Position numbers and translations under genes: made by a program. From Cellvibrio sp. (lineage in GTDB: Bacteria > Pseudomonadota > Gammaproteobacteria > Pseudomonadales > Cellvibrionaceae): a DNA stretch of 41,263 bases. The stretch spans positions 12,671-53,933 of the forward strand of contig DQHS01000170.1 of assembly GCA_003524365.1 (NCBI GenBank), read 5' to 3'. Positions 38,773-41,263 of the stretch are shown here, piece after piece (position 1 is the stretch's first letter; each line of letters starts with the position of its first letter). The notes beneath the pieces are model-generated. The model was not told where the DNA came from and ran no database searches. It saw only the letters and a program-made list of their open reading frames with translations.

Positions 38773-40212
38773 CTATTGCAGTTGGCTGATCTTATCTAGC
38801 GCAGGCTTAATGTTAGTAAGCTCATTGTTGCAGTCGTTGGTGCAGTTCATCTGCACAACCAGTAATCCGAAATAACTATCGCCTGCTGCTTTGGCAAGAA
38901 TTTGGATAAGTTTGGCGTAAAAATAATTGGCTGTTTGGTAGCGGCCAATAACATATTGCTTGGCAACTAAGATCCGCACTTGGCTCCCTACTCGCCGATA
39001 AATCTCTGCCTCAAAAGAGCCCCCTTCCGGGGTCGTCAAGCGCAGGCGTTTTTCATTGTTCCATTGCGAACTGTTAATCATTCTGCCGATGTAGGGCACA
39101 ATTTCTTCTTTTTTACTGCTAGGTATATGCGTAAATAAATCGATCTGTAATTGATTGCCATCCATGTTTAATTGCAGCTTTTCACTGGCACCGAGGAGGC
39201 CGGGATTCAGGCGAGCTCCTATCACATTAGTTGCGGGTATTTGGTATGGGGCCAGTTGCTGCAAGCTAAGGGGCTGTGCCGCTGTCGTTGGATCAGGGCT
39301 AAAGTAGAGCAGTAACGGGCCAATAAGCAAGGGCAGTAGCGGCAGCAATGACGGGCGGGGAATCGTAATGGTGGCTATCTGCCGCTTTGTGAGAGGGGCA
39401 AAATATACGGTGGGAATCAATATGAGTGCAAACACGAACCAGCCAAATGTTTCATGGTCGTGCATCAAGCTGCTTTGCATCTCGGTGGCATAGCCGATCA
39501 CTACCAGTAAATATATGCGCAGCCAATTGGCAATCAGGCCCAATAGCACCGCTAAAAAAATGGTCGCAATGGCTTGTGGCGTTCGGTAATTGTTGACTAG
39601 TGCGAGTATGTAACCAATTAACAAAGCAACTGTTAGATAGCGCAATCCAGAGCAGCCATCAGCGATAAAAATAGTACCGCTGGGTAGGAATATGTTGCTA
39701 CCGTCGATCAGCGCGGTCATGCGACTGAGTTTAACGGCCTCACCCACTATGAGGCTGCTGATATCCACCAATAGGCTATTCAATTCTCCCCAAACAGGGA
39801 CGGTAAAAATCAGCAACCCTAAATAAGGGAGTGTTGCGCGCAAAACTGCAAAGGAAAGGCTGGTGCTAATGAACAGGGTGATTAGGGCAATGATGATAAA
39901 GTATGCAGGCAAGCTGATACTCAGGCTCTCAAACAAATACCAGAGCAAAGAACCGCAACCGATGGCGATAAGTTGTAACCAATACCAAGGTGTTTTTGCA
40001 GTGCTTGTGGTTGTTTGTTGATAGTTGCGATAGCCAAGGAGGATAAACATAACGCCGATAGTTGGCAGCGCATGTGCTAAATCCTGATCCCATAGTATCC
40101 ATTTTCCCCATAGCGTAGACAGACTGGGTAAATAGAGTAAGGCAACCGCCAGAATCGCAACAAAAATAGGCGTGGCTATACGTAGCCGGTCGAGTTTATT
40201 GCTGTGATCCAT
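38773..40212 (-). CDS. Exosortase (EpsH/XrtA-type) with C-terminal EpsI-like domain
   Basis: About 8 TMs; IADGCSGLRYL (Cys), NWLRI (Arg), HETFGW (His); soluble C-terminal domain. Confidence 0.88.
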   Translation of the reverse strand: MDHSNKLDRLRIATPIFVAILAVALLYLPSLSTLWGKWILWDQDLAHALPTIGVMFILLGYRNYQQTTTSTAKTPWYWLQLIAIGCGSLLWYLFESLSISLPAYFIIIALITLFISTSLSFAVLRATLPYLGLLIFTVPVWGELNSLLVDISSLIVGEAVKLSRMTALIDGSNIFLPSGTIFIADGCSGLRYLTVALLIGYILALVNNYRTPQAIATIFLAVLLGLIANWLRIYLLVVIGYATEMQSSLMHDHETFGWFVFALILIPTVYFAPLTKRQIATITIPRPSLLPLLPLLIGPLLLYFSPDPTTAAQPLSLQQLAPYQIPATNVIGARLNPGLLGASEKLQLNMDGNQLQIDLFTHIPSSKKEEIVPYIGRMINSSQWNNEKRLRLTTPEGGSFEAEIYRRVGSQVRILVAKQYVIGRYQTANYFYAKLIQILAKAAGDSYFGLLVVQMNCTNDCNNELTNIKPALDKISQLQ

Positions 40213-40303
40213 ATAAGGCGCGCTATATAGTCCGATAAAGTGTGAGGCAGTTCCATCATAGCGCGCTCTAACAAAAAAATCCTAGCTCTGTTTAATCCAA
40301 GCG

Positions 40304-41263
40304 TTACCGGGTGATTTTAACGTAGCTGCTATACAAGCCCAAGGTATCAAACACCGCTATTTCAAACTCCAGATCTTTTACCGGACCAGTAAACACATGC
40401 TCTGTCGTGCGATTACCATTCAGGTTGATATAGGTGAAGCGCGCGCCGTTGGGTTTGCGATAGCGAATTTCGTAACCGCCAATTTCATCCAGCTCCAGAA
40501 ATGAACCGTCCTCCCGTTGGCTTGGGTGCCCCCAGGTAATTGTGATGGTCTCTATTGCAGCGCTGCTAGCAGTTGAGCTTATATTTGAGGACGCGCTGCG
40601 TGATGTGGAGCTTGTGCTTGAGGCGATACTGCTCGATTTGGAGTTTGAGGTAGAAGACGGGCTGCTGGATTTAGCGCTTTTGCTTGATGCGACGGTGCTG
40701 GATTTAGCGCTAGAGCTTGTTGCGATTGCACTGGATTTTGAGCTTGCACTGAATTTTGAGCTTGCACTGAATCGACTGCTGGCAGCTGCACTGCTATTCG
40801 CCAGAGCGAGGGTACGTATATTGAATACTGCCGATTCACCTGAGTTATTGCCTGATGCATCAAATGCAGTAATGGTGTAGCTGTAATCGGTAGCGGGTAG
40901 CAAGCCTTGATCGGCAAACATCTGCGCTGGAAAATCAACAATGGCGAGCAGTTTGCCATTGCGCGCAATTGTGTAGTGGCTGATCTCTACATTGTCGGTG
41001 GAGTCATCCCATATCAGGGTAATACTTCGCTCTGACAGGCGATAGAGCTGTAATTCTGTTGTACTTGGCGGTGTAGTATCAAGAGATGAGTCGTGTTGCG
41101 ATGAGGCTGCCGCATTGCTGGAGCGTGATATGCGTGAATAGACCGAGCTGACAGATTGGCTGGTGCTTGAAGCGGAGGTTGGTAGGCTAATGGAAGATTC
41201 TGCCTGCGCTGAACTCTGTTCGCTGATACTGCTGGCGGCACTGGCGCTAAAGGTTGGCTTGTT
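40304..41263 (-). CDS. Ser-rich fibronectin type III domain protein (5' truncated by window edge)
   Basis: The frame stays open from 41263 through the ORF track's ATG at 40921: Ser-rich linker, FN3 (DTTPPS...ITLIWDDSTDNVEISHY.I.RNG...D.GL.P.T.Y.Y.ITAFDASGN.S), second Ser/Lys linker, C-terminal FN3-like W..P..REDGS.L...EIGGYEIRY domain. Confidence 0.85.
   Translation of the reverse strand, partial: NKPTFSASAASSISEQSSAQAESSISLPTSASSTSQSVSSVYSRISRSSNAAASSQHDSSLDTTPPSTTELQLYRLSERSITLIWDDSTDNVEISHYTIARNGKLLAIVDFPAQMFADQGLLPATDYSYTITAFDASGNNSGESAVFNIRTLALANSSAAASSRFSASSKFSASSKSSAIATSSSAKSSTVASSKSAKSSSPSSTSNSKSSSIASSTSSTSRSASSNISSTASSAAIETITITWGHPSQREDGSFLELDEIGGYEIRYRKPNGARFTYINLNGNRTTEHVFTGPVKDLEFEIAVFDTLGLYSSYVKITR
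40726..40772. repeat. In-frame 18-bp tandem repeat (about 2.6 copies) in the Ser-rich linker
   Basis: TTGCACTGGATTTTGAGC / TTGCACTGAATTTTGAGC / TTGCACTGAAT, encoding FSASSK-like units. Confidence 0.8.

Noticed and set aside
40542-40968. Alternative-frame ORFs 40542..40880 (+) and 40579..40968 (-)
   Set aside because: Shadows of the low-complexity Ser-rich linker of the FN3 gene.

Overview
A gammaproteobacterial surface-polysaccharide locus of the exosortase A/PEP-CTERM type. The Ser-rich FN3 protein suggests a Cellvibrio-like host, but that is inference. The window holds 34 CDS in 10 alternating-strand blocks, and I saw no RNA genes, CRISPR arrays or mobile elements. Export module: short OPX/Wza lipoprotein, Wzz/PCP, a BY-kinase homolog with a degenerate Walker A, an outer-membrane beta-barrel and a PrsT-like TPR lipoprotein. 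Assembly module: 10 glycosyltransferases, a Wzy/O-ligase and a PglK-like ABC flippase, with no Wzx in the window. The tailoring set is unusually dense: 2 sulfotransferases with CysC and CysQ, 2 deacetylase + ATP-grasp pairs, a FemAB-like transferase with a seryl-tRNA-synthetase-like N-terminal arm, a GNAT, 2 AT3 acyltransferases and a DegT-like aminotransferase. An exosortase and two secreted proteins without PEP-CTERM tails complete it. The best novelty candidate is a sulfated, amino-acid-decorated (partly tRNA-dependent) glycan or proteoglycan-like surface system. All calls come from reading motifs by eye; no database searches were run.
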